From the NCBI RefSeq assembly GCF_009914755.1, contig NC_060938.1: 64,000 bases of DNA, one strand, 5' to 3'. This DNA comes from the human T2T-CHM13v2.0 reference genome, Homo sapiens. Shown here piece after piece: positions 38,320 through 50,443 of the stretch. Position 1 is the first letter of the stretch, and each line of letters opens with the position of its first letter. Below the pieces are notes generated by a model. The model did not search any database. It saw only the letters and a program-made list of their open reading frames with translations, and was not told the DNA's origin. A program made the translations under genes and the position numbers.

Positions 38320-39630
38320 ATAAAAAATGAGCAAATCAAACCCAATAATGTATAAAAGAATTGTATACCATGACCAGTTGCAATTATCCTGAGGATGTAA
38401 GGCTGGTTCAATTTGAAAATCAATTAATTAATCCATCACATGAACAGAATAAAAAAGTAAAATCACATAATCATATCAATAGGTATAGAAAGCACTTGAT
38501 AAAATCCAACATTCACTCATGACAAAAACCCTTAGCTAGCTAGGAATCGATGGACACTACCTTGACTTAATAAATAGTATCTACAAACATTTTACAGCTA
38601 ACATTCTACATAATGGTGAGAATCTAGATCAGAAACAAGGTAAGACTATCTCCTCTCACCGCAGATTTTCAGGGTTGTACTGGAAGTCCTACTTAATGCA
38701 ATAAGATAAGGACAGAAAATGTATATGATTCAGAAAGAAGAAATAAAGTTATCTTCATTCACGGATTACATGATTGTCTATCTAGAAAATCCAGAAGGAT
38801 AGACAAAAAAAAAAAAAAAAAAAAAAACCTCCTGGAACTAACAATCAGTTACAGCAAGGTTGCAGAATACAAGGTAAATATACAAAAATCTATTGCTTTT
38901 TTACATACCAGCAATGAACAAATGGAAATTGAAATTCAGAACACAATATTATTTACAGTAGCACATCCAAAAATAAAATGCTAAAGTATAAGTGTATTAG
39001 TCTGTACTGCTATAAAGAACTGCCCGAGACTGGGTAATTTATAAAGAAAAGAGGTTTAATTGATTCACAGTTCCACATGGCTGGGGGTGGGCCTCAGGAA
39101 ACTTACAGTCATGGCAGAAGAGGAAGCAGGAACATCTTACATGGTGGCAGGCAAGAGAGAGAGTGGGCAAGAGCAGGGAAAACTCCTTGTAAAACTGTTA
39201 GATTTCATGAGAACTCACTATCATGAGAACAGCATGGGGGAAACTGCCCCCATGATCCAGTCACCTCCTACGTGGTCCTTCCCTCAACACCAAGTGATAT
39301 GGGGATTACAATTTGAGATGAGATTTGGGTGGGAACACAGAGCCAAACCATATCAATAAGTCTAACAAAATAGTTACAAGATCTGTACAAGAAAAACTAG
39401 AACTCTGATGAAAGAAATCAAAGGACAACTACGTAAGTGGAGAGATACTCCATGTTCATGGACAGAAAGACTGAGTATTGTCAAAATGTTAGTTTTTCTC
39501 AACTTGATTTATAGATTCAATGCACTCTCAATACAAATCCCAACAAGTTATTTTATGAATATTGACAAGCTGAATGTAAAATTTATATGGATAGGCCAGT
39601 GACCCAGAATAGCCAACACAATATTGAAAC
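38320..39630 (+). mobile_element. Old L1M ORF2 (RT region) fragment, interrupted by an LTR
   Basis: ORF 39408-39602 KWRDTPCSWTERLSIVKM...IYRFNA; GGCTGGTTCAA; ATGATTGTCTATCTAGAAAATCC. Confidence 0.85.
38993..39355 (-). mobile_element. THE1D/MSTA-like MaLR solo LTR
   Basis: TGTATTAGTC...AGAACTGCCCGAGACTGGGTAATTTATAAAG...AGCCAAACCATATCA with perfect 5-bp TSD ATAAG (38988-38992, 39356-39360). Confidence 0.93.
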
Positions 39631-39749
39631 TTCATATACTTGAGATAAGAATGTTAAGCAAGGAAATGTATTTGGAAACCTCCTTGCACTTGGTATTAAT
39701 AAGTTCAAAGGTTTTATTTTCTTTAAAAAAACAAGACTCTAGGGGAATA

Positions 39750-40128
39750 AAATTATGGCTTTTGTAGCAACATGATGGAACTGGAGGCCATAATCTCAAA
39801 TGAAATGACTCAGAAACAGAAAGTCAAATATTGAATGTTCTAACTTATAGGTGGGATTGAAGTAATGTGTACACATGGCATAGAGAATGGAATAGATACT
39901 GGAGACTTGGGAAGGTGAGAAAGTGAGGGGGGTGAAGAATGATAAATTACCTAATGGACACAATGCACACTGTTTGAGTGATGGTTACACTCAAAGCCCA
40001 GACTTCACCACTGAAACACTATACAATACATGCATGTAGCAAATCTGCACATGTGCCCCATAAATCTACACAAATAAAAATTTTAATAAAATTTTAACTA
40101 TCAAAAAATTACTTTTCAAAAAAAAAAC
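39750..40128 (+). mobile_element. L1MA-type 3' end fragment
   Basis: GCAACATGATGGAACTGGAGGCCAT...CAGAAACAGAAAGTCAAATA...AAAGCCCAGACTTCACCACT followed by an A-rich tail. Confidence 0.8.
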
Positions 40129-40206
40129 CTTAATGATACTTCTGAAAAAAGTTTAAACAATAGTGACTCTGGGTTGATTTCTAGTTTGACCTGGGTTTGT
40201 TTATAA

Positions 40207-40707
<501 letters not shown>

Positions 40708-41096
40708 TCCGGGTTTTAATAACTTCTACACATTCAAATAGAGCTCGCCCGGATATGTTTTAATAACTTCTACACATTCAAATAGGGCTCAATCACGTTA
40801 TATTAAAACTCCATGAATATCATGGAAGTTTTATCAGCTCTTACATAGCAGGTGTCTAATAGGAATCTAATAGGGTTAGAGTCTAATAGGATTAGAAAAT
40901 TAAGGCAGTATGAAGTGGTGGAAAGGGTATACATTTGGGGACCATATAGACGTGGTGTAAATTTCAACATTGCTGTTTGCCTAAGGAAAAAGTACTTATC
41001 TTTCATGGGTGGTTCTCTAATCTTTAATGTGTCAAGTTGTTCGTATATGACTGGTGAAAATGCACTTATCAAAGAAGTGGGTTAGAACTAGACATG

Positions 41097-41400
41097 GACC
41101 AGGCATGGTGAGTCATGCCTGTAATCCCAACAGTTTGGAAACCAAGGCGGGAGGATCACTTGAGACCAGTAGTTTGAGACCAGTCCGGACAACATAGGGA
41201 GACCCTCTCTCTACAAAAAATAAAAATAAAAATAAATTAGCCAGGTATGATGGCACATGCTTGTGGTCCCAGCTACTCAGGAGGCTGAGGTGGGAGGATT
41301 GCCTGAGCCTGGGAGGTGAAGGCTACAGTGAGCCATCCTCATCCCACTGCACTCCAGCCTGGATGACAGAGTGAGACCATGTCTCAAAATAAAAACAAGA
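41097..41400 (+). mobile_element. AluJ, full length
   Basis: GGGAGGATCACTTGAG and GGGAGGATTGCCTGAGCCTGGGAGG are J-type diagnostics. Confidence 0.92.
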
Positions 41401-41454
41401 GAGAGAGAAATAATATGCATCCAAATCAGTGGAATTGAATTTGACAAATAAAAG

Positions 41455-41600
41455 ATCCAAAACCTGTCTTCATTTGTAAAATGGGAATGATGGTCTCTAT
41501 TTTGCAGGATGATGGTTACAATATAAATAATTATTTATTTGGCACGAAGGCCAGCACCTGGTTTTAAGTAGGTACTTATACATGAATGACATTGTTATTA
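41455..41600 (+). mobile_element. MIR fragment
   Basis: TCTTCATTTGTAAAATGGGAATGAT...GCACCTGG...AGTAGGTACT. Confidence 0.55.
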
Positions 41601-42049
41601 TTTAAATTATTACAAAATTAATCCTATAGCAATATACTTACACACCAATATAGTCACATTCATTTTTTTCGCTATGACCCACAAAAATTCTTTATGTATC
41701 ACTTGCCAGTATATGACACCTCTCTCTCTCTGTGTCTCTCTCTCCTCTCTACTCTTCACCTTCTCTTCATATTGAAATAAGAATTTAATGAAGCAATTAT
41801 ATCCTTGCTGTATGTAATATACCACATTCTATCCAACCCTATCCTGTCCTTTGCATTCTTCTTCTAATTCATGATTCACCAATATTTTGCAACCTTGGTT
41901 TCAAAAATGCTGGCCTAGCAAAACAAAGAGATACATAAATATGTATAATGCATTTGGAATCAACAGTGGTGTATGTTTATATACGATATAGAAATAGTAC
42001 AGTAGAAAAAGTGATTGAAGCTTTCATGGAGTGTTAGTGCAAGATTTAT

Positions 42050-42665
42050 AGGAGAAACTATCTGCATAGTTTTTGGGGAAGATAAGTTTGCAAGATAAAT
42101 GAGAATGAAGAACAGCTTTAGGGAACGGGTATTGTATTCAGGATATATAAACTGTGGAACTTAGGACAATTCCAAGCTGTTTAGCTTATCTGGAATGCGA
42201 AGTACAAGTATATGCTGTAACTAGTGCAAAAATTTTAAAAAACTGGCTAATATGGACAGGAAGCAAAATCATGAAAGATAATGGTAAGTAGCTTTCTATT
42301 TATCTTATATTTGTCTGGGAGTCATTGAACACTTTTGAGCAGGGAAATGAGATGGTCATATTTGTATTTTAAAAGAATCCTATATTGGTAGCCAGGAGGA
42401 TTACCATGAGTATTTTGGGAACCAAAATTTTGAAGAGGCGATTAGACAAAGCAGTGAAAAGATAATGACGGCCTACAGGAAGGCAATAATGGCAAGGATA
42501 GGGAGAATGGATTCAATACATATTTAGGAAGTAATTAAAATGTTTTTATTATTTGGGTAATAGGAAGGGGGAGATAGAAAAATCACCACTCTCCATTTTA
42601 TTTGATGAGGAACTAGATAGAGATGTCATCTTTCACTGGGAATGAGGACAGAAGTCTCAGTGAGT
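42050..42665 (-). mobile_element. L2 fragment
   Basis: GGGAGTCATTGAACACTTTTGAGCAGGGAAATGAGATGGTCATATTTGTATTTTAAAAGAATC. Confidence 0.7.
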
Positions 42666-42731
42666 CATCCAAGATGAGGAACCAGATGGATATATAAGAG
42701 AAGAGAGAAAAACAGAAGGTTACTTTTTAAG

Positions 42732-42762
42732 TGTGTGTGTGCATGTGTGTGTGTGTGTGTGT
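42732..42762. repeat. (TG)n microsatellite, interrupted
   Basis: GTGTGTGTGTGCATGTGTGTGTGTGTGTGTG. Confidence 0.9.
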
Positions 42763-44099
42763 TGAAAAATCTGATTTCTAAATTTAATTGGTTTGCAAAA
42801 AAATTTCTCAGGCTTCTGTTATCAAAACCTGATAATTTAAATACATAAAACAAGCAGTTTTGTTATACCTATTATTTAATAATTATATGAACTAGTTCTA
42901 TAGTCAGAGAGTGACAAGAGTTATGAAGAAATAGAGATGGATGGCATTTGTCCTGTAGTTCTCCAGGTAGATATGATAATATAGGAATAGGATAGCTTTA
43001 AATTACTTCTACTTTCTACTTCTTTCCCATGCCCTCATGGCTTACACGTCTTTTTTAAGGTGGGGTAGGACAGGCTTTCTAGGAGAAAGGTACCTTTATG
43101 ACAGGAAGAAGGAAGAGAAAGCAGGATACATCTCTGGTATTTGAATAATATTAAAATAGACCTGTAATAAGGACTTGAGCAAGATCAAAGGATATGACTT
43201 AAAGATAATGTATAGCTGTATAATAAATTACTTAAGTGGTCAGGTGATTTGAAAGAAAAACCTGATAGTCTAGTACTTGAGTTGTTCTTTCCCCTCACTT
43301 GAGAGGCAAAAGAATAACTGCATGGAGTGAGAAAACTAGTGGGTGATGCAAAGATGGTTCAGGAATATGTGAAGGGTTTAGTAAGTGTTTCTCTTAACTC
43401 TGTATTTAAATCACCCCTGCTCTCCACCCCTTTTTTTCATAAGAATCACCAGTACAGATTTAGTTTGTACTGTTTTCTTCTCTCCTTGACATTGCTCTAA
43501 GGAAATTTATTGTTAATGAAATTGAGGCTGCCTTACTAAACGATTGGCAGAGGTACTCTAAAAACAGAAATCTTTTGTATTCTACTGAGGAATAGCAAGA
43601 AAATTAGAGGCTGGGGAAATGCTGATCTCTCTGAAGCAGTATTGCTGGGGAGTGGGCTAAAGTGGGGTAATAAACTCTAGGTTAAAAAGTGAATGATGAT
43701 AGATTGAAAGAAGGAAGGAAATAAAAATGAATCCCAGGAGAATCTCCAGAGGAGAGAAACATGCTTGGGGATGTAAGATTGATGGCCAGAGTATAACTAA
43801 AAGAAAGACTCTGTGGTTCAACCCTGGTTCTCAGCAACAGAATTTCAAGAAAGGCATTGCTCTTATTAGATAAATATTACATATTCTTATTTTCTTTATT
43901 CATTTATTATATAACATATTTTATGTGGAAATGTGCTAGTACATCTGAAAGGAACTTTTGGAATGTCTTGTGTTTGATAAAATGAAATGAAACTGAGAAT
44001 CTCTCAAAGAAGAGAGTAACAAGTAGAATCTACCTTGCAACCAGGGATGGATTTAGTTGAATCTTATGGTTTGAGAAAACGGTGTAAGAATGTTATATT

Positions 44100-44401
44100 C
44101 TTTTTCTTTTTTTAGCTTTTATTTTAAGGTCAGAGGTACATGTGCAGATTTGTTACATAGGTACACTTGTATCATAAGGGTTTGTTGTACAGATTATTTC
44201 TTCACCCACCTATTAAGCCTAGTAACCATTAGATAATTTTCCTGATCCTCTCCCTCCTCCTACCACTCCACCCTCCAATAGGCCCCATTGTGTGTTGCTC
44301 CCCTCTATGTTTCAATGTGTTCTCATCATTTAGCTCACACTTGTAAGTAAGAATATGTGGTATTTGGCTTTCTGTTCCTTTATTAGTTCGCTAAGGATAA
44401 T
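44100..44401 (-). mobile_element. 5'-truncated older L1PA (PA12-15-like) 3' end
   Basis: TTTTATTTTAAGGTCAGAGGTACATGTGCAG...TTTGTTGTACAGATTATTTC...TGTGTTCTCATCATTTAGCTC...GCTAAGGATAAT. Confidence 0.85.
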
Positions 44402-44649
44402 TACCGCACTACCTGAAGATATTAACATGGTCCGATTATGTCTGTTTCCACTACTGAAATAAACTCTTGGAGAGTAGGAACAAAGAGAATATTTCTTTGT
44501 ATTCTCTGTGCCTGGCATAGTATTATGCACAGAATCTGAGCATAATAAACCTTTGTGAAATTGAAAATGTACCTGCCCTCCTGACCAACATGGAGAGGGA
44601 GCACAACCATATCATTTGTGATGATATTGTAATATCATTGTGATGTTGT

Positions 44650-44765
44650 TGATATTTTTGTTCGCCGCAGGATATATACAGTCCGTGTTCAATAGAAGCA
44701 AAAGCATAGTTTTTTGCTCCTATTGAACACGGACTGTATATAACCTGCGGCGAACAAAAATATCA
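44650..44765. repeat. Long near-perfect inverted repeat (54-bp arms, 8-nt spacer), not assignable to a repeat family I recognise
   Basis: Arm 44650-44703 versus the reverse complement of 44712-44765: 52/54 identical (mismatched pairs 44672/44743 and 44696/44719). Confidence 0.97.
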
Positions 44766-46160
44766 TTTTCTGTTGGCTTTTGCTTTCTTCAGGTTGAAAG
44801 AACTCAAGATATAATGTCCTCTGTAAGCTCAGCTCTGCCTGGATCCTAAGCCCATCTCTATCAGGTAGACATTAGCAATTACACATGTATCAATTAGAAG
44901 AACTTAGAGTTACCTGAGTTGCTATAGAATTGTTATGCTTTAAGTGAGCTGAACTCCTAAGAGTATCAAGAATGAAGGGAAAGAGAATTCTTTTCCAAAA
45001 CCTTATATTTTAAAGACTAGCTATTTTTCACTTTTCTGGGAATTCTTTGGCATGAAAGCTTTGGGTTTTGCAGGTTATGTAGGTGTGTGGATTTCCTGTC
45101 GTCACAGTGTATTTAACTACAGTTTAAGAGTATTTTTACCTTATTCACATGGGTTTTTTTTTTTTTTTTTGAAACCTGAAACACATGGTGGAAGCTAGAT
45201 ATTAGAAAGCAGGGAGGGTCTGAAATACACAGCACTTGCAGCATTTAGAACCAAAATGCCTCCAGGTAACTGATGGCTATGCTGTCCATTTGGGAACCAA
45301 AAATGAAGGAGAAACTATTAAAAACACACAATGTTCTTAAATAGTAGCATAGAGAACTAAATTTAAAATCAGCCACTAGCAGCTGATTACGGTATCATTG
45401 ATTTGTTCCATGTTTTATTAATCTGTTGGTGGTAAACTGGAACATGGTTTGGGGCAGGATTTGTGTTAAGAGGTGGAGCAGCTGCTAGCTTGTTTCTTCA
45501 GTGACACTTGCAAATGCTTTTCTATGGTGACCTCTATCTAGCTTAAATTTATGTAGCTTGGTTAAATGTCAAACAAGCTAAGTGGTGCATTTCATTAATG
45601 AAAAATTAATGAAAACTTTTGGCTGGCATATACTACTGTTTACAATACGTATAATTCATTAGGAAGACATCCGTCAAGCAAGGGCCTTGGCATGGATCTG
45701 GTGGCATTGTAAATGGGCTTTATTCTCTTCCTTCCAGTTAATGAAAGTTCAAGGCTGGGAAAAATACTCATAAAACAGATTTAATGAGTCTTTGGGGGAA
45801 GTTTTACAGAACACAGTATATGAGTCATAAATATCACATGCAAAATCTATTTGGCCCAAATTATTTAGGATTAGAAATGACTATAACTTTACTTTATAAT
45901 CAAAAAGTGCTCCAGTGTTTAGACCAGGAGCTTAATTCCAAGCAAAAGTCATACATTCTTTTTACAGCCTTGTAATTAAGTAGGTTCCATCTTGAACAAA
46001 ACATTCAGAATTTTAAAATATTAATTTTTTTCTAAATCGTGATATAATTGGGGACCACATCCCTAGATATAGGACATACTTATTTATTTTCTAAAAGTCT
46101 CCAAATAGTGAATATTATTCACATTTTGTATATACAACTTCCCTGATCCTGGTGGTCTGG

Positions 46161-46568
46161 TGATATGGTTTGAATATATATCTCTGCCCAAATCTGCTGT
46201 TAAAATATAATCCCCGTGTTGGAGGTGGGGCCTGGTGGGAGGTTATTGGGCCATGGGGGTGGATCCCTCATGACTGGCTTAGTGCTGTCCTTGTGATAGT
46301 GGGTAAGTTCTCATGAGGTTTGGTAGTTTAAAAGTGTGTGGTACCTCCCTCCCCTCTCTTGCTTCTGCTTTCCCCATGTGATGTGCTTGCTCCAGCTTCA
46401 CCTTCTGCTATGAGTAGAAGCTTCCTGAGGCCTCCCCAGAAACTAGCAGATGTCTGCATCATGCTTCCCGTATAGCCTGCAGGACTGTGAGCCAATCAAA
46501 CTTCTCTTCTTCGTAAATTACCCAGGCTCAGGTATTTCTTTATAGCAACGTAAGAATGGCCTAACACC
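46161..46568 (+). mobile_element. MSTB-like MaLR solo LTR
   Basis: TGATATGGTTTG...GGAGGTGGGGCCTGGTGGGAGG...GGATCCCTCATG...AAATTACCCAG...CTAACAC. TSD TCTGG/TTTGG. Confidence 0.9.
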
Positions 46569-47454
46569 TTTGGTTACAAAAGATGGTAGACAATTAAAAA
46601 ATATTACTTCCAATAAACGCTCTTTTGGCACAAGTAATCATCCCTCAATATTAACGTAGATGACAGTATTATTGGTCTCCTCTGTTTTTATTCCTCTCAT
46701 TATTTTACTCAATCTTTCCTAAGCTTCACTGTTATTATTTTCAAATCTGTAAGGAGAAATACAAGCTACTAGAGAAAGACAAGCTGCTGGTCATGTAGGC
46801 TCCATGTGGATGAGAACAGGTATTTTGTTTTACTCAACACTTTTCTTGGCAAATACAAAAGGACCTGATACAGAGACATGACTCAAAAATATTTGCTAAA
46901 ATATTTAAAATACTTTTAATTTATTTTTATTTTATTTATGTTTTATTATTTTATATATTTAATTATTATTTTAATATTTGCTAAAATATTAAAACAATAA
47001 AAAAGAGTGATCCTCTCCCAAAGTAATTTATCTATTGGAGAGATGGATTATTACCTAAAAACATAAATTGTAGGATTAGTTGCCAAAAAATAAATCATAT
47101 CAACTATGTGAGGTATAAATTTGAGGGAACCAAGCCATCTCTTCTGACCTGAGTTACCAAGCAAGTTATTGCAGAGAGTGGGATTTCAGTTGGTCCTTGG
47201 AAAATAAATTGTTGCATGACAGTTCTTTATTGTCCGTGTCCCCTTGGTGGCAGAAACTCTTTCTAGTGTTTGACACAAGATGTAAGTGTTCAGACATAGC
47301 CACGGAAGAAAATATGAAAAAAGGAAAAGAGGGGAAACAGAGAAGGGAGAACAAGTTACAGTGCCCAAATCAGAACTGATATTGTGATTATAGATTGAGG
47401 TGAAAGTAATTGAAGAATTTGGCTGCAACAGAAAAGATAAGAAGGGAAGGCTAA

Positions 47455-47690
47455 TAGAATGGGAATGTAGTCTTTGGAGCCAAACTTCATTTGCTGAATG
47501 TCAGTAACTACCCCTGACCATGTTTGTAACTCTGGGCAAAGTACTTGAGCTCACTCTGCCTCTGTATACTCATTTTTAAAATAAAGATAATAAAAATACC
47601 TCCCTCATAGAGTTGCCAGCATGATTCAATAAATAAATGTTACAAAGTTCTAAGAATAATACCAACCACATAGTATTATATTTATGTTTA
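47455..47690 (+). mobile_element. MIR
   Basis: CTTTGGAGCCAAAC...TGTAACTCTGGGCAAAGTACTT...TCTGCCTCTG...ATACCTCCCTCATAGAGTTG. Confidence 0.75.
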
Positions 47691-48119
47691 TTAAAAAAGA
47701 ATAACGTAATTCTGGAGAACTCAGGTAGCCGAGGAGATAAACAAGTCATTTAAAATTTTGAGCAGATATGAAAGATTATAATGGTGGGGTCATGGCAAGA
47801 TTAACTTGGCAGCAACATCTATATAGAAAGGACTCATGAAAAGAAAAATGGCAGACAGAGAGGTTAGTTGGTGAAAACATTTAATGGTCAGGTAATAAAA
47901 TGTTTTGAGTTTATGGTTGAAATGGGAATCACAATTTTGCTGAAAATTTAAAAAGGAGAATGCCTGAATAAAATGGGTGGAGGGGTCAGCCCACAAAAGA
48001 AGTGAGATTTGTAGGCATTAGAAAATTACACATCCCTTCGTTCCCTCTCCTCTCACTTTTCTGCTTTAAATAATGGGTTTATAGCTCAACTGTATCCTGA
48101 ATTTCACCACACTTACTAC

Positions 48120-48273
48120 TGTGTAGTATTCTCAAAGTTGGCTGTATATGGAGTCATGGATGCCTGTGTTCTGGTGCTAGAGACAATGATTTTATAGATG
48201 TGGGTATGGCCTGGGCAGCAGAGCTTTAAAAGCTTCCCAAGTGATTCTCGCATGTAGCAAATTTAAGAACCAT
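48120..48273. mobile_element. MER5-like hAT MITE fragment
   Basis: TTCTCAAAGTTGGCTG...TTTAAAAGCTTCCCAAGTGATTCT...TTTAAGAACCA. Confidence 0.6.
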
Positions 48274-49131
48274 CAATAATGAAGCAACTTTCTTTGCATT
48301 CCTCTTTATTTGCTTTTCCCTACCACATGTATACAACTCCCTAACATTCTATATTTATGTTTCTGTGAGGTGTCAAATGGGGTGGCATCCTGAATCCTCC
48401 CCTTTCTCCTATTCTTCAATTTCCTCTCAGCAATCAGGAGAGTTGAATGCCAAGAGCAGTGATCATTCATTTTCCCTTATTTGTTGTGAAAGATTTATGC
48501 AATTGTGGAGTTTCCCTTAGTAAGGATGTATGCACCTGAATAACTGTATGGATATATGGACCCATCTGAGATATTTTCAACTGGTGGTGGTTTAATGTGC
48601 TTTAGGGACCCAGGACTTTATTACAAGAGATTCTTAAACACAAATACTTCTATAATTGAAGTTAAAATTGAAACTTATTTTTCTCTCTGTCTTGATAATT
48701 GGCTACTTTATAAAAAAGTGTTTGGATTATTTTGGTTGCAGGAGGAGGAGTTTTATAAGAGGACACCATGAGATGGTGAAATATGAGGACCAAAACCTGT
48801 TTCAGAGGTCAAAAGCGGAACCAAAGGGCTGCCTCCAACACACAAACATGTTCTGTTTTCCCCACATAACATAGGTCTGCAGATCGTTTTAGATTTGAAT
48901 TAGTTAAAACATTACAAATTGGGGTGGAATGCTGCTTTACATGAAATATTCATTTCCAAATTTTTGTAAAATGGAAGAGTTTGTTCATGCCCCTAAGATA
49001 CCAATAAGCCAGAGCTGAATAGCTGCCTCTTTACGTGTGAACATATGTCCATCTTTTTGCCAAATTGATTATAAGCACCCTAAGGGAAAAACTTACTTGT
49101 TTTATTTCCTCTTGCATCTTTCTTGGCTAAG

Positions 49132-49182
49132 GATGATGATGATGATGATGTTGATGATGATGATGATGATGATAATGATGAT
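49132..49182. repeat. (GAT)n trinucleotide microsatellite, ~17 units with 2 interruptions
   Basis: Visible directly; accounts for the poly-Met run in ORF 49037-49324. Confidence 0.95.
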
Positions 49183-49983
49183 TTTTTTCTTTAGATGTAG
49201 CAAGGAGGTACAAGTTAAACAAAAGCATGTATTTCAGTCTATATTGACTTCACAAGTGATAAAAGTAGTAAGTATATCCTGCTTTGCCTCCTACATGCCT
49301 TATTTTCTTAGCAGAATGCCATAGGTAATGTGATCTGTGGGCTAGATTTCAGTGTTACCTCTTTGCTGAGTTGATATCAACTCTCACTATGCTCAAGTAA
49401 AGGTCCTGGCTGTCAAACAGTATCACTGCTAGCTAAGGACATCAGCATGGCAGCTGCCAGCCTACACACTGTCTGTCATCAGGAAGCTGATAGTCATCCA
49501 CAAACTCATTGAAACAACAGGATCTCAGAATATCACCAGATGGGGCAATCTGTCATGCTCAAGCTGTAGAGGACAGGATGAAGGTTCTTTATATGATTTG
49601 AGAGTGCCAAGTGCCACATCTCTTCAAAAGAGAGGCCAAGGCCTGCCAATCATGACAATCATTGCAATGCAAAAAGGTCAGATAGTCTTGTCTTTGTGTA
49701 TCAGAAATGCCAACTTTCTGTCAATGATGAGGTCAAAAATCTGTACTAGATTAAAAGCATTTGTGCCAGGAGCCTCAGACTTCCAAAAGGTCAGCATCAG
49801 TGCCAATCAAAATTCATGTACAGAATGGAAGTTAACTTCTGCCTAAACTTAAATGAAATAGCTTCTTTTTATTTCCTCACTGAATAACCAAGTCCTCTGT
49901 AACTTTATCATCAAACTCCTCCTAAATAGTCTCAGGTGCTCTATGCAAACAGGGTTGTAGAAGTAGTAACAGTTTTTCTAAAT

Positions 49984-50170
49984 CAGTGATTCTCAAACTT
50001 GAAGGTACATCAGATTGGGATGGTGGGCTTGTTGAAACACTGATTACTGGACTCCATCCTAGATTTCTGATACGGTGGGTCTGGGATAAGGCTCAATAAT
50101 TTGAATTTCAAATAAATTCCCATGTGGTGCTAATAATACTGGTCTGGGGACCATACTTTGGGAACCACTA
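49984..50170. mobile_element. MER5A hAT MITE
   Basis: CAGTGATTCTCAAACTTG...CTGGTCTGGGGACCATACTTTGGGAACCACT with inverted termini. Confidence 0.85.
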
Positions 50171-50395
50171 CCCTAGATAGTCACACACAAAGAAAAAAAT
50201 TTTATAGGGCTGTGCTTTCCATATGTAAATAATAGGCATGTAGACAATTGTGAGCTTTTACTTTTATATTAGTTTTGTTTTCTTAAAGTGTTTGGCTATT
50301 CTTGTTAGCATTCTTTGTATAAACATTACTACATTTCTTGAGCACCGTGTTTTCTAACATTAAGCTAAGAGAATTTCTAGATGATTAAACACATC

Positions 50396-50443
50396 CACAC
50401 ACACACACACACACATACACACACACAAGCACAAACACATACA
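50396..50443. repeat. (CA)n microsatellite
   Basis: CACACACACACACACACACATACACACACACAAGCACAAACACATACA. Confidence 0.9.

Noticed and set aside
44667-44677. GCAGGATATAT matches part of the Agrobacterium T-DNA border repeat
   Set aside because: Only 11 bp match, the rest of the 25-bp border is absent, and the mirror arm differs within the motif. Consistent with chance.
49037-49324. ORF with a poly-methionine run
   Set aside because: Translation of the (GAT)n microsatellite.
49533-49550. CTCF-like CACCAGATGGGGCA
   Set aside because: Mismatch at a conserved core position (GGG instead of GGC); not supportable.
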